From Thermoplasmata archaeon (GTDB taxonomy: Archaea; Thermoplasmatota; Thermoplasmata; Lutacidiplasmatales; UBA184): a stretch of DNA of 37,761 bases. Every line of letters begins with the position of its first letter. Position 1 is the stretch's first letter. Below the pieces are notes generated by a model that saw nothing but the letters and a program-made list of their open reading frames with translations, did not search any database and was not told where the DNA came from. Made by a program: the position numbers and the translations under genes. The DNA lies in contig JASHVA010000048.1 of assembly GCA_030039715.1 (NCBI GenBank), positions 1 to 37,761 on the forward strand. The letters run 5' to 3'. Of this stretch, positions 8,981 through 17,636 are shown in pieces.

Positions 8981-10195
8981 ATGCTCCCCACCCCGCACCC
9001 GGAAGTGTTGGCGGACGACTGGCTGCCTCCGGTCGTCCTCGGTCGAGAGGTCGAAGTACGGGAGGTCGTGCGTCGGCTCGACCCTCCCCGTCCCCACGCC
9101 CCGCCCCCCTGGATGGTCGGCGTGGTCGGCTCGCGCGGAGCGGGCAGTTCCTCGGTCGCGCGGCGCGCCGCCCGCGAGGTGGCCGACCGGATCCGGGCGG
9201 CGATCCCCGGATCGGCCCCTCGGCAGCTCGCGGTGAGGACCGCCGGATGCCGGGGGACGCACGGCGTCGCGAGCGAGCTCCTGCGCCGGTTGGACGACGG
9301 CTTCGACGGTCGGGGCTTTCCGATCGCCGAGATCGTCGCCGGCGTACTGCGACGCCTCCGACGCGACGGCCGCCCGGTGGTGCTGGTCCTCGACGACGTG
9401 CGCGCCGGGGGCCCGGACCTCGGACCGCTCCTCCGGGCGATCGGGGCGCCGGACCGGTTCCTGCCGGAAGGCGAGAGCGGACTTCCGCCGTTCTGGACGG
9501 TCCTCGCCGGGACCGCCGATGCGATGCGACGGGCGGAGGCCGAGCTCCACGGGCGCGGGCGGATCGGGCCGTTGATCCGGCTCGCGCCGTACAGCGCCGA
9601 TTCGCTGCGCCGCCTTCTGGAGGATCGCGCGGACCGGGTCCTCGGACGCGCGGCGCCGGCGGATCTCCTCACGAGGGTGCTCGAGCGCACTGTAGCGGAC
9701 GGCGGCGGAGCCGCGCGAGCGGTCGAGCTCCTGCGCCGGACGCTCCTCCCGGGCGCGGCGCGACGAGCCGGTCCGTTCGCACCGCTCCGGCGGCCGGGAG
9801 TTCCGCTCACCATCGAGTCGCGGGTGGTCCGCGCGATCGAGGAGGTCTCCCAGGGGCGCGCGGCGCCGCTCGGCGAGATCCGCCGGTCGGAGGCCCGGCT
9901 CGCCCGCGCCGAGGGGGCCGCCCCGCTGCCCGCGACCACGCTCTGGCGGCGGATCGTTCGCCTCGAGCAAGCCGGTTACGTGCGGCGCGACGTGCGACCC
10001 GGCGGGGTCGGCGGCACCCGGTCGGTGCTGCGCGTGCTCGCCCCGACCGACGAGTGGCTCATCGCCCGGCTTCCTCCGGAAACTCATCCAGGGTCCGACG
10101 CGTGGGCCCCCGCGCCGTGGTCGCCCGGCGGGCTGGCGGAGGAGGGACAGCGGCCGGCGTCGGCTCCGTCGCCCCCGGACGACGCAACTGGCTAG
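8981..10195 (+). CDS. Divergent Orc1/Cdc6 family protein with a degenerate ATPase site
   Basis: N-terminal LADDWLPPVVLGREVE, Walker A-like GSRGAGSS, Walker B-like VLVLDDV, LAPYSADSLRRLLEDRA, and a C-terminal winged helix (TLWRRIVRLEQAGYV...GGVGGT). Confidence 0.82.
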   Translation: MLPTPHPEVLADDWLPPVVLGREVEVREVVRRLDPPRPHAPPPWMVGVVGSRGAGSSSVARRAAREVADRIRAAIPGSAPRQLAVRTAGCRGTHGVASELLRRLDDGFDGRGFPIAEIVAGVLRRLRRDGRPVVLVLDDVRAGGPDLGPLLRAIGAPDRFLPEGESGLPPFWTVLAGTADAMRRAEAELHGRGRIGPLIRLAPYSADSLRRLLEDRADRVLGRAAPADLLTRVLERTVADGGGAARAVELLRRTLLPGAARRAGPFAPLRRPGVPLTIESRVVRAIEEVSQGRAAPLGEIRRSEARLARAEGAAPLPATTLWRRIVRLEQAGYVRRDVRPGGVGGTRSVLRVLAPTDEWLIARLPPETHPGSDAWAPAPWSPGGLAEEGQRPASAPSPPDDATG

Positions 10196-12350
10196 CGACC
10201 TGCTCGGCGAGCTTTCGGGAGCGGAGCGCCCGCTCGATCCGGTCGAGCGGGGCCTGACGCAGTGACTCCCGGTCGGGATATCCCGCCTGGTAGAGCAGCC
10301 GGGCGCGCACTCTTCCGATCCCGCGGAGACGGACCAGGTCGAGGAGCTCCTCCCGGGCGCCGTAACGGACGCGCGTCGCGAGGTCGTCGATCGAGCGGCC
10401 GAGCCGCCGCTGGAACCGGGCGGCGAGCCGGCCGGCGCCGAAGAGGATCCACTCCGCGTCCTCGACCTTGGTCCGGAGGTCGCCGGCCCCGATCCCGTAC
10501 CGCTCCGAGATCTCGAGGATCGGTACCTCGTCGACCCAGGCCTCCAGCACCGAGGCGGTCTTGAGCGTCGAGAGGAACGTCTCGAGCTCCAGCTCGAGCG
10601 GGGGCTCCTCCGGCTTCACGAGCAGCTCCTCCACCTCGTCCGTGTACCGCGCGAGGAGGTCGGCTTCGTCGCCCCGTCGGAGGAAGAGCGGCGGGAGGTC
10701 GGGAGTCGCCGCGATCGCGGCGAGCAGCGGGAAGACGCCGACCCCGAGGGGCGCCCGCTCGAGGACACCGCGGAGGACGACCGCGCTCAGCGGGTCGAGG
10801 TACAGCTCGCTCGTGAGCGCACCGAACGGCGTCGCCGCGAGCGCGGGAGCCGGGCGGAGGAAGTCGTTCGCCTCGAGGAACCGTCGCACGGTCGTCACGG
10901 TGTCGCGGAGCTCGGCGAGCGGGAGCGTGTGCCCGTAGAACGTGGCGGCGAAGAACGACTCGAGCTCCTCCTCGCTGCGGACCGCCCGACTCGCGACGAG
11001 CGCGAGTACGTGCATCCGGAGCGCCGGCTCGGCCGCGAGCCGGCTCACCACGTTCTCGGGCTCGGCGGAGAGGTACGTGTCGAGGAGTCGGTCCTCGTCA
11101 TCCGCGGTGCGCGCGACCAAGAGCGCCTCCCCCTCGGAGTCGAAGCGAGGACGTCCGGCGCGCCCCAGCATCTGGAGGACCTCGGTCGCGGGGATCGGGG
11201 CCTGCATCCCGAGCCGATCGTCGTACCGCGTCGTGTCGCGTACGATCACGCGCCGTGCCGGCAGGTTGATCCCCGCGGCGAGGGTCGGCGTCGCCACGAG
11301 CGCTTTCAGGATCCGGTCGCGGAACGCGTGCTCGACGATCCGCCGCTCGGGGTTCGTGAGCGAGGCGTTGTGGAACGCGACGCCGTTCGGTAGCAGCTCG
11401 CCGAGTCGACGGAGCCCCTGGGTCTCCTCGTCGGAGACGCCCCCGAGCTCGTCGACCGACTCCTTCGCCCGCCGCCGCTCCTCCGGCGTCAGTACGGCGC
11501 GGACGGTCGGGACCAGCGCCTCCGCGACCTGCTCGCTCGCCTTGCGGGTGTTGACGAAGACGAGCGCCTGGCCCCCGTCCTGGAGCACGGAGCGCACGAG
11601 TCGGGGGATCGCCTCGGTGTTTCCGGGGATTTCACGGGTCGACAGGTCGGTGAAGGTGATCCGGCCGTCGAAGTAGACGCCCCGCTTGAGCGGCACGGGC
11701 CGGAAGTCGGAGGCGACGTGCCGTGCACCGAGCCACTCGGCCAGCTCCTCGGAGTTGCCGACCGTGGCGGAGAGCGCCACGATCTGGAGATCGGGGTACG
11801 CGCGTCGGAGGCGGGTCAGGCTCACCTCGAGCGTCGGGCCGCGGTCGGGGTCCCGGAGCAGGTGCACCTCGTCCGCGACGACGACGCCCAGCCGGTCGAG
11901 CCAGGGGCTCCCCCGGCGGAGGAGGCCGTCCGCCTTCTCGCTGGTCGCCACGAGGACGTCGAGCCGCTCGAGCTTCTCGGCGGGAAGGTCGAAGTCGCCG
12001 ATCGATACGCCCACCTTGAGGCCCAGCGGTTCGAACCGCGCGAGCTCCTCGGCCTTCTCCTGCGCGAGCGCGCGAAGCGGGACGAGATAGAGGCCCGTCC
12101 GATGGACCCGGGCGGCCCGCAGGAGCGCGAGGTACGCGACCAGCGACTTGCCGCTCGCGGTCGGTGCGGCGAGCACGAGGGACTCCCCCGCCATGACCGG
12201 CGGGATCGCCTCGGCCTGGGGGGGAAAGAGCCGCGTGATGCCGTCCGCCCGCAGCACCTCTTGGAGCGCCGCATCGAGAGCGGTCGCCCCGAGCTCGACC
12301 AGCCCGTCCGGTGGGCGTGGGGGGGCGGCGGGTGAGGTCGGAGTCGGCAC
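10059..12350 (-). CDS. hel308: Ski2-like DNA helicase Hel308/Hjm
   Basis: APTASGKS, DEVH, LSAT, TPTLAAGINLPA, QMLGRAGRP and domain-5 GIGRVRAR motifs. Confidence 0.95.
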   Translation of the reverse strand: MPTPTSPAAPPRPPDGLVELGATALDAALQEVLRADGITRLFPPQAEAIPPVMAGESLVLAAPTASGKSLVAYLALLRAARVHRTGLYLVPLRALAQEKAEELARFEPLGLKVGVSIGDFDLPAEKLERLDVLVATSEKADGLLRRGSPWLDRLGVVVADEVHLLRDPDRGPTLEVSLTRLRRAYPDLQIVALSATVGNSEELAEWLGARHVASDFRPVPLKRGVYFDGRITFTDLSTREIPGNTEAIPRLVRSVLQDGGQALVFVNTRKASEQVAEALVPTVRAVLTPEERRRAKESVDELGGVSDEETQGLRRLGELLPNGVAFHNASLTNPERRIVEHAFRDRILKALVATPTLAAGINLPARRVIVRDTTRYDDRLGMQAPIPATEVLQMLGRAGRPRFDSEGEALLVARTADDEDRLLDTYLSAEPENVVSRLAAEPALRMHVLALVASRAVRSEEELESFFAATFYGHTLPLAELRDTVTTVRRFLEANDFLRPAPALAATPFGALTSELYLDPLSAVVLRGVLERAPLGVGVFPLLAAIAATPDLPPLFLRRGDEADLLARYTDEVEELLVKPEEPPLELELETFLSTLKTASVLEAWVDEVPILEISERYGIGAGDLRTKVEDAEWILFGAGRLAARFQRRLGRSIDDLATRVRYGAREELLDLVRLRGIGRVRARLLYQAGYPDRESLRQAPLDRIERALRSRKLAEQVASQLRRPGATEPTPAAVPPPPARRATTARGPTRRTLDEFPEEAGR

Positions 12351-12371
12351 GAGGGTCTCGAGCGCGGCGTC

Positions 12372-13508
12372 CTAGTAATCGTTTGGTGAGCGTTCGCCGG
12401 CGCTGAGGTCCCGCGCGAGGATCAGCTCCTGGATCTCCGTCGTCCCCTCGACGATCGGGAAGACCCGGGCGTCTCGCCAGAGGCGCTCCGCCGGGTGGCC
12501 CGGACGCGCGCCGTCCGGCGCCGCGACCTCGACGCCCGAGGACGCGATGGCGACGGCCGCGCGGGAGGCGACGAGCTTGGCGACGGACGCCGCACGGACG
12601 AACGGCTGGCCGGCGTCCTTCGCCGCCGCGGCCTCCCGAACGAGAGCCCGCGCGCTCGCGAGCTCCGAGTAGGCGATCGCGAGGCGCGTTCGCTTCCAAT
12701 CGGCGTCGTCGTCGCGGATCGAAGAACGCATGGTCTCGAACGCCGCCTCGGCGACGCCCAGGGCGCACGCCGCGATCCCAACGCGACCTCCCGACAGGGC
12801 GGAGAGGGCGATCTTGAGGCCCGAGCCCTCCGGACCGAGCAGCGAATCCGCAGGCAGGTGGACCCCATCGAGCACGAGCTCGGTCGTCTCGCTGCCGCGG
12901 AGGCCGAGCTTATCGAGGCGCTGGGCGACCGAGAAGCCGGGGGTCCCGGGAGGTACGACGAACGCGGAGATTCCGGCGCTGCCGAGTCCCGCGTCCCGGG
13001 TCGCGAAGACGAGGATCGTCCCGGCGGAGACCGCGTTCGAGGTGAACATCTTGGTCCCCCGCAGCACGAACTCCCCGCCGACGCGCTCGTAGCGCGTGCG
13101 AATCGCCGCCGCATCCGAGCCGGCCCCCGGTTCGGTGAGCGCGAACGCGCCGATCCGCTCGCCCCGCGCGAGCGGGCGCAGCAGTCGCTCCTTCTGATCC
13201 GGCGTACCCCAGGCGAGGATCGGCTGGGCGCAGACCGACAGGTGGACGGCGAGCGTGACCGCGACCGCGGCGCTGGCGCGAGAGAGCTCGTCGAGCACGG
13301 CGACCGTCGCGGCGGTGTCGCCGCCCGCGCCCTCCCACTCGGGCGGCAGCCCGAGCCCGAAGAACCGCTCCGAGCCGAGCGCGGCGAGGACGGTGTCGGG
13401 CACGCGGTCCCCGCGGTCGATCTCGACCGCGAGCGGGCGGACATGTCGCTCCGCGAACTCGCGGGCCCGGCGCCTCCACTCCGACGCCGAAACGGGGGTG
13501 GCGGCCAT
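12372..13508 (-). CDS. Acyl-CoA dehydrogenase family protein
   Basis: FALTEPGAGSD, GTKMFTSN, KLGLRGS and catalytic IVEGTTEIQ motifs. Confidence 0.92.
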   Translation of the reverse strand: MAATPVSASEWRRRAREFAERHVRPLAVEIDRGDRVPDTVLAALGSERFFGLGLPPEWEGAGGDTAATVAVLDELSRASAAVAVTLAVHLSVCAQPILAWGTPDQKERLLRPLARGERIGAFALTEPGAGSDAAAIRTRYERVGGEFVLRGTKMFTSNAVSAGTILVFATRDAGLGSAGISAFVVPPGTPGFSVAQRLDKLGLRGSETTELVLDGVHLPADSLLGPEGSGLKIALSALSGGRVGIAACALGVAEAAFETMRSSIRDDDADWKRTRLAIAYSELASARALVREAAAAKDAGQPFVRAASVAKLVASRAAVAIASSGVEVAAPDGARPGHPAERLWRDARVFPIVEGTTEIQELILARDLSAGERSPNDY

Positions 13509-13530
13509 CCGCCCAGGGGACCCCGACGAA

Positions 13531-13540
13531 CCCTTAAGGA
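13531..13540. promoter_or_regulatory. Candidate shared TATA box (CCTTAAGG) for divergent acyl-CoA dehydrogenase and rqcH genes
   Basis: Palindromic CTTAAG lies ~26 nt from the ACAD ATG; on the other side GGAGG (13564-13568) precedes GTG 13577. Confidence 0.55.
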
Positions 13541-13576
13541 ATGACGTCGGGTCGCCGGGCCGCGGAGGAGAGTCGA

Positions 13577-15472
13577 GTGCCGCCGACCGCGAAGGACCGG
13601 TTCACCTCGCTCGATACGCTCGCGCTGGTGCGGGAGCTTCGGGGATTCGGCCGGGCCTGGGTCGACAAGGCGTTTGACGTCACGACGGGCGGCTGGTCGC
13701 TCGCTCTTCGCTCGCCCGGTGAGGGCCGACGGGAGCTCCTCCTCGTGCCCGGGCGGTACGCTGCGCTGCTCCCCTCCGGGCTCGTCGAGCACGCCGGCGA
13801 ACTCTCCCCTCTCGCGAAGGAACTGCGGCGGGTCCTGGTCGGTGCCGGGCTCGAGAGCGCTTCCGAGCCCGGAGGAGAGCGGTACCTCGAGATCCGCTTC
13901 GGGCGACGGGACAACCCCGAAGCGATCGTGCTCGCGCTCGAGATGTTCGGGGAAGGCAACCTCCTGCTCGCCGAGGGCGGTCGGCTCGTGGCGGTGGCGC
14001 GCGCCCGCCGCTGGGCCCACCGCGTCGTGCGGGCCGGCGGAGAGTACGCGCGCCCCCCCGTCCGGACGGACCCGTGGTCGGTCGACCGGGCGACGCTCGG
14101 CGCCGAGCTCGCCCGCTCCCGCAGCGACCTCGCGAGCACGTTGGCGGCGCGGCTGTCGTTCGGTGGTCCGGTCGCCGAGGAGTTGGTGGTGCGCGCCGGC
14201 CTCGATGGGAGCGGGCCGTCCGCCGCCCAGCCGGCCGACGCCGTCGACCGGCTGTCCGCGGCCGTCGCGGAGCTTCTCGCCGAGGTCGGCGAAGCGCCGC
14301 GAGGATTTCTCTACGTCAAAGACGGAACGGCGATCGATGCCACTCCGTACCCGTCGCGACGCTGGGCCAGCGAGCACGCGACCGAAGAAGCTCGGCCGAC
14401 GTTCTCGGAGGCGGCGTTCGAGTACTTCCGGGCGCTCGTTCCCGCTCCCGCCAACGCCGCGGAGGCCGCCGCGACGCGGCAGCGGCAGAGTCTCGAACGG
14501 CTCCGGGAGCAACAGCGCGCCGCGGTGGGTACCCTGTCCGAATCGATCGACCGGGAGCGAGCGGCGGCCGAGGCGATTTACGCGAACTATCCCGCCGCCG
14601 AAGCGGCCCTCGAAGCCGCGCGCGCCGAAGCAGCGCACGTCGCCGACATCACGGTCACGCTCGGGGACGTTGAGGTCTCCCTGCAGATCGATCGGTCGCC
14701 GCGCGAGTCCGCCCAGGCGATCTACGACGAGGTGAAGCGGTTGCAGTCGAAGCTCGCGGGGGCCCGAACGGCGCTCGCGGAGACCGAGGCCAAGGTCGCC
14801 CGGCCTTCGACCGAGCCGGAGCCGGGCGCCCCCGCGGGGCTCGTCGCGCCGACCCGGCGGCGCGCGCCGCACTGGTTCGAGCGGTTCCGCTGGTTCGTCA
14901 GTTCGGAGGGCGTGGTCGTCATCGCGGGCCGCGACGCGGCATCGAACGACCTCGTTGTCCGGCGCAACCTCAAGGACGGGGACGTCTACGTGCATGCCGA
15001 CCTCCACGGCGCGGCGAGCGTCGTCGTGAAGCATCCTCCGCCGGGACGACCCCCGATCGGCGAGGCGACGCTCCGCGAAGCCGGCCAGTGGGCAGTCGTT
15101 TACTCGAAGGCGTGGCGCGCCGGTCTCGCCTCGGCGTCGGCGTTCTGGGTGACCCCCGAGCAGGTGTCGAAGTCGGGGGCGAGCGGAGAGTTCGTAGCGA
15201 AAGGGGCGTGGGCGATCCACGGCACGAAGCACGTGCTCCGGGACCTGCCGACCGAGATCGCACTCGGCACGATCGACTACGACGGAGAGACCCTGTGGAC
15301 CGCGGCGCCGCCGGCCGCGTTTCGGACCCGGGGGACCGTCCGGGCCGTGCTCCTGCCGGGCCCGGAGCGGGAGCGGGACGCCCTCGAGCGGGCGCTCGTC
15401 GGCGAGCTCGGCCTGAACCGAACGCGTCTCCAGTCGCTGCTCCCCGCGGGCGGACTCGCCCGCCGAGCGTAG
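13577..15472 (+). CDS. rqcH: Ribosome quality-control factor RqcH/Rqc2 (NFACT family)
   Basis: FTSLD...VREL, EMFGEGNLLL, HWFERFRWF, IAGRDAASND, VHADLHGA, VSKS...SGEF..KG motifs. Start placed at GTG 13577 because of the SD; ATG 13541 abuts the TATA box. Confidence 0.9.
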   Translation: MPPTAKDRFTSLDTLALVRELRGFGRAWVDKAFDVTTGGWSLALRSPGEGRRELLLVPGRYAALLPSGLVEHAGELSPLAKELRRVLVGAGLESASEPGGERYLEIRFGRRDNPEAIVLALEMFGEGNLLLAEGGRLVAVARARRWAHRVVRAGGEYARPPVRTDPWSVDRATLGAELARSRSDLASTLAARLSFGGPVAEELVVRAGLDGSGPSAAQPADAVDRLSAAVAELLAEVGEAPRGFLYVKDGTAIDATPYPSRRWASEHATEEARPTFSEAAFEYFRALVPAPANAAEAAATRQRQSLERLREQQRAAVGTLSESIDRERAAAEAIYANYPAAEAALEAARAEAAHVADITVTLGDVEVSLQIDRSPRESAQAIYDEVKRLQSKLAGARTALAETEAKVARPSTEPEPGAPAGLVAPTRRRAPHWFERFRWFVSSEGVVVIAGRDAASNDLVVRRNLKDGDVYVHADLHGAASVVVKHPPPGRPPIGEATLREAGQWAVVYSKAWRAGLASASAFWVTPEQVSKSGASGEFVAKGAWAIHGTKHVLRDLPTEIALGTIDYDGETLWTAAPPAAFRTRGTVRAVLLPGPERERDALERALVGELGLNRTRLQSLLPAGGLARRA

Positions 15473-16080
15473 ACCCGCTGCACCTCGTCGGCCGGGAACC
15501 GGTCGCCGGGTCGCTTCCACGTCCGGCCCCGGGCCCGAACCCCGACGACTTCCACCGAGCCGCCGTCCAGCGAAAGGACGTCGCCGACCCCGACCTCGCT
15601 GTCCGGCGGCGCCGACCACGGCGCCGACCGGGTCCGAGCGGCCTCGACGATCGAGACCGGGACGAGACGCGGGCCGTGCGGGGTCGCCCAGATCACGGAA
15701 AGCTCGTCCGAGACGGCCGCCCGCACGGTGGCGCCGGCCCGGTCGTCCAGGCGGCGGATCCGAAGCTCCCCCGACGCACCAGGAATGCCGGAGCCGACCT
15801 GGACGCGACGGTAGCGAGGAAGCCGGATCCGCTGGTGCGTCGAGCGTCCGCCCTCGGAGACGATCAAGGACACCTCCACCTCGCTCGGTGTCGCCTCGCG
15901 GAAAGGATGCGTCCCGCGGCACTCCTGGCACCGGGCGACGCCCGACCAGCCGCCGCCCGGAACCTGCCCCGAGCGGTCCCATCGAAGGATCCGATGGCTC
16001 GTGACCCGTCCGCAAGTTTCGCACGGAAGGCTCGCGACGCCGAGACGCGCTCGCGAGGAGTCCGGCGGCCGCTCCGGCAT
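15277..16080 (-). CDS. Archaeal zinc-finger protein (HVO_0476-like)
   Basis: CETC...HRIL...CQECRGTH followed by two repeated beta modules (IVSEG/VSIVE...VGD...RVYA). Confidence 0.75.
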   Translation of the reverse strand: MPERPPDSSRARLGVASLPCETCGRVTSHRILRWDRSGQVPGGGWSGVARCQECRGTHPFREATPSEVEVSLIVSEGGRSTHQRIRLPRYRRVQVGSGIPGASGELRIRRLDDRAGATVRAAVSDELSVIWATPHGPRLVPVSIVEAARTRSAPWSAPPDSEVGVGDVLSLDGGSVEVVGVRARGRTWKRPGDRFPADEVQRVYARRASPPAGSSDWRRVRFRPSSPTSARSRASRSRSGPGRSTARTVPRVRNAAGGAAVHRVSPS

Positions 16081-16175
16081 CGTCCCACGCAGGTCCGCTC
16101 GCGGGGATGACAGTTCCGGCCCAACCTCCGGGTCCGGCAAGATTTGTATGCGTCGGCGACGCTGGGCCGGGGACG

Positions 16176-17636
16176 ATGGCTCCGCACGCCCACCCGTCCG
16201 ATCTCGGAACCGAGCACTCGGCAGGCCACGGCGGCCGGGGCGGGCGTGGGCGGACTGCCGGCCCCGTCGTGGGCATCGTGGGCGTAGGCTACATGGGGAT
16301 CGCGACGGGGCTCGCGTTCGCGCACCGGGGCCGCTCGGTCGTCGCCTATGATATCGATCGGGGCGTGCGGGCCGCGCTCCGAAAGGGCCGAAGTCCCTAC
16401 CGCGAGCCCGGCCTCGCCGAGCTCCTCGGCCGGGAAAGTCGTCGCGACCGCTTCCATATCGTCGACTCGCTGTCGGAGCTCGCCCGCCGAGCCGAGTGCA
16501 TCTTCCTGTGCGTGTCCACGCCCCCCGGGCCGGGCGGGCGCGTCGACTTGAGGCCGATCCGATCCGCGAGCCGGGCCCTCGGGGCGGCGCTGCGGGAGGT
16601 CCGCGGCTTTCGCACCGTCGTGGTGAAGAGCACGGTCGTACCCGGGACGACCGACGAGGTGATCGCGCCGATATTGCGCCGGACGAGCGGGCGGAGCGCG
16701 AGGACGCTCGGCGTCGCCGTGAACCCGGAGTTCCTCTCCGAGGGCCGAATGGTCCGGGATGCGACCCACCCGGCCCGGATCGTCCTCGGGGCTTCGGGGG
16801 CCCGTGCCGCCCGAGCGGTGCGTCGGGCGTACGCAGGGTTTTCGGCTCCGATCGTCGCGCTCTCCCCGACGGAAGCGGAGCTCGTGAAACACGGTTCGAA
16901 CGCCTTCTTGGCGCTCAAGGTATCGTACGCGAACGAGCTCTCCCGATGGACCGAGCGTCTCGGCGGGGACGTCGACCGCGTGGCGGAGGCCGTCGGCGCC
17001 GACCCACGCATCGGACCGGAGTTCCTGCGCGCGGGCCCGGGTTTCGGCGGCAGCTGCTTCGACAAGGACCTCCGCGCCTTCCGGCGCCGGGCGCAAGAGC
17101 TCGGCCTCGGGTCCCGCATCGCGGACGCCGCCCTCGGGATCAATGACGATCAGACTCGCCACGCGGTGGAGCTGGTGCAGCGCGCCGGAGGCCCGTTGCG
17201 GGGGCGCGAGGTCGCGGTGCTTGGGCTCGCGTTCAAGGCGGGCACGGACGATGTCCGGGAGTCCCGCGCATTCCCGATCGTCGAGGCGCTCCTCGCCGCC
17301 GGGGCGCGCGTCCGAGTTCACGACCCGAGCGCCCTCGCGAACTTCCGGCGGGAGTGGGCTCGCCGGTCTCCGAGACAGTCGGCTCGGCTCCGGTTCGTCC
17401 GTACGGCCGAGGCGGCCGTGACGGGAGCGGACCTGGCCGTGCTGCAGACCGACTGGCCGGAATACCTGCGCTGGCCTTCGGCCTGGTCCCGCCGGATGCG
17501 CCGGCCGCGTCTGGTCGACCTGCGGCGCCGCGTTCCCGCACCGGTCGCGCGGCGCGCCGGGCTCGAAGTCTTCGCCTTGGGTCGGGGGGCTTCCGGCCCG
17601 ACCCCCGCACCCCGCGGTCGCCGGAGGCGAGCGTGA
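16176..17636 (+). CDS. ugd: UDP-glucose 6-dehydrogenase family protein
   Basis: GVGYMG, KSTVVPGT, NPEFLSEG, catalytic GFGGSCFDKD and LAFKAGTDDVRES motifs. Start codon uncertain. Confidence 0.93.
   Translation: MAPHAHPSDLGTEHSAGHGGRGGRGRTAGPVVGIVGVGYMGIATGLAFAHRGRSVVAYDIDRGVRAALRKGRSPYREPGLAELLGRESRRDRFHIVDSLSELARRAECIFLCVSTPPGPGGRVDLRPIRSASRALGAALREVRGFRTVVVKSTVVPGTTDEVIAPILRRTSGRSARTLGVAVNPEFLSEGRMVRDATHPARIVLGASGARAARAVRRAYAGFSAPIVALSPTEAELVKHGSNAFLALKVSYANELSRWTERLGGDVDRVAEAVGADPRIGPEFLRAGPGFGGSCFDKDLRAFRRRAQELGLGSRIADAALGINDDQTRHAVELVQRAGGPLRGREVAVLGLAFKAGTDDVRESRAFPIVEALLAAGARVRVHDPSALANFRREWARRSPRQSARLRFVRTAEAAVTGADLAVLQTDWPEYLRWPSAWSRRMRRPRLVDLRRRVPAPVARRAGLEVFALGRGASGPTPAPRGRRRRA

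Noticed and set aside
13541-13576. Extended starts in the ORF track (rqcH 13541, ugd 16107, galU 17354, epimerase 22676, GT 24942, queE 28774, HIT 33868, scpB 37325)
   Set aside because: These upstream extensions overlap neighbouring genes or promoters and lack family similarity; downstream starts fit SD/TATA spacing or stop-start coupling better.
12422-16276. Very long alternative-frame ORFs (1284 aa here; also 3406-6225, 3461-6022, 23957-26347, 28653-31418 and others)
   Set aside because: They are Arg/Pro/Gly-rich shadows overlapping well-supported genes, as expected from stop-codon scarcity at high GC, and show no motifs.
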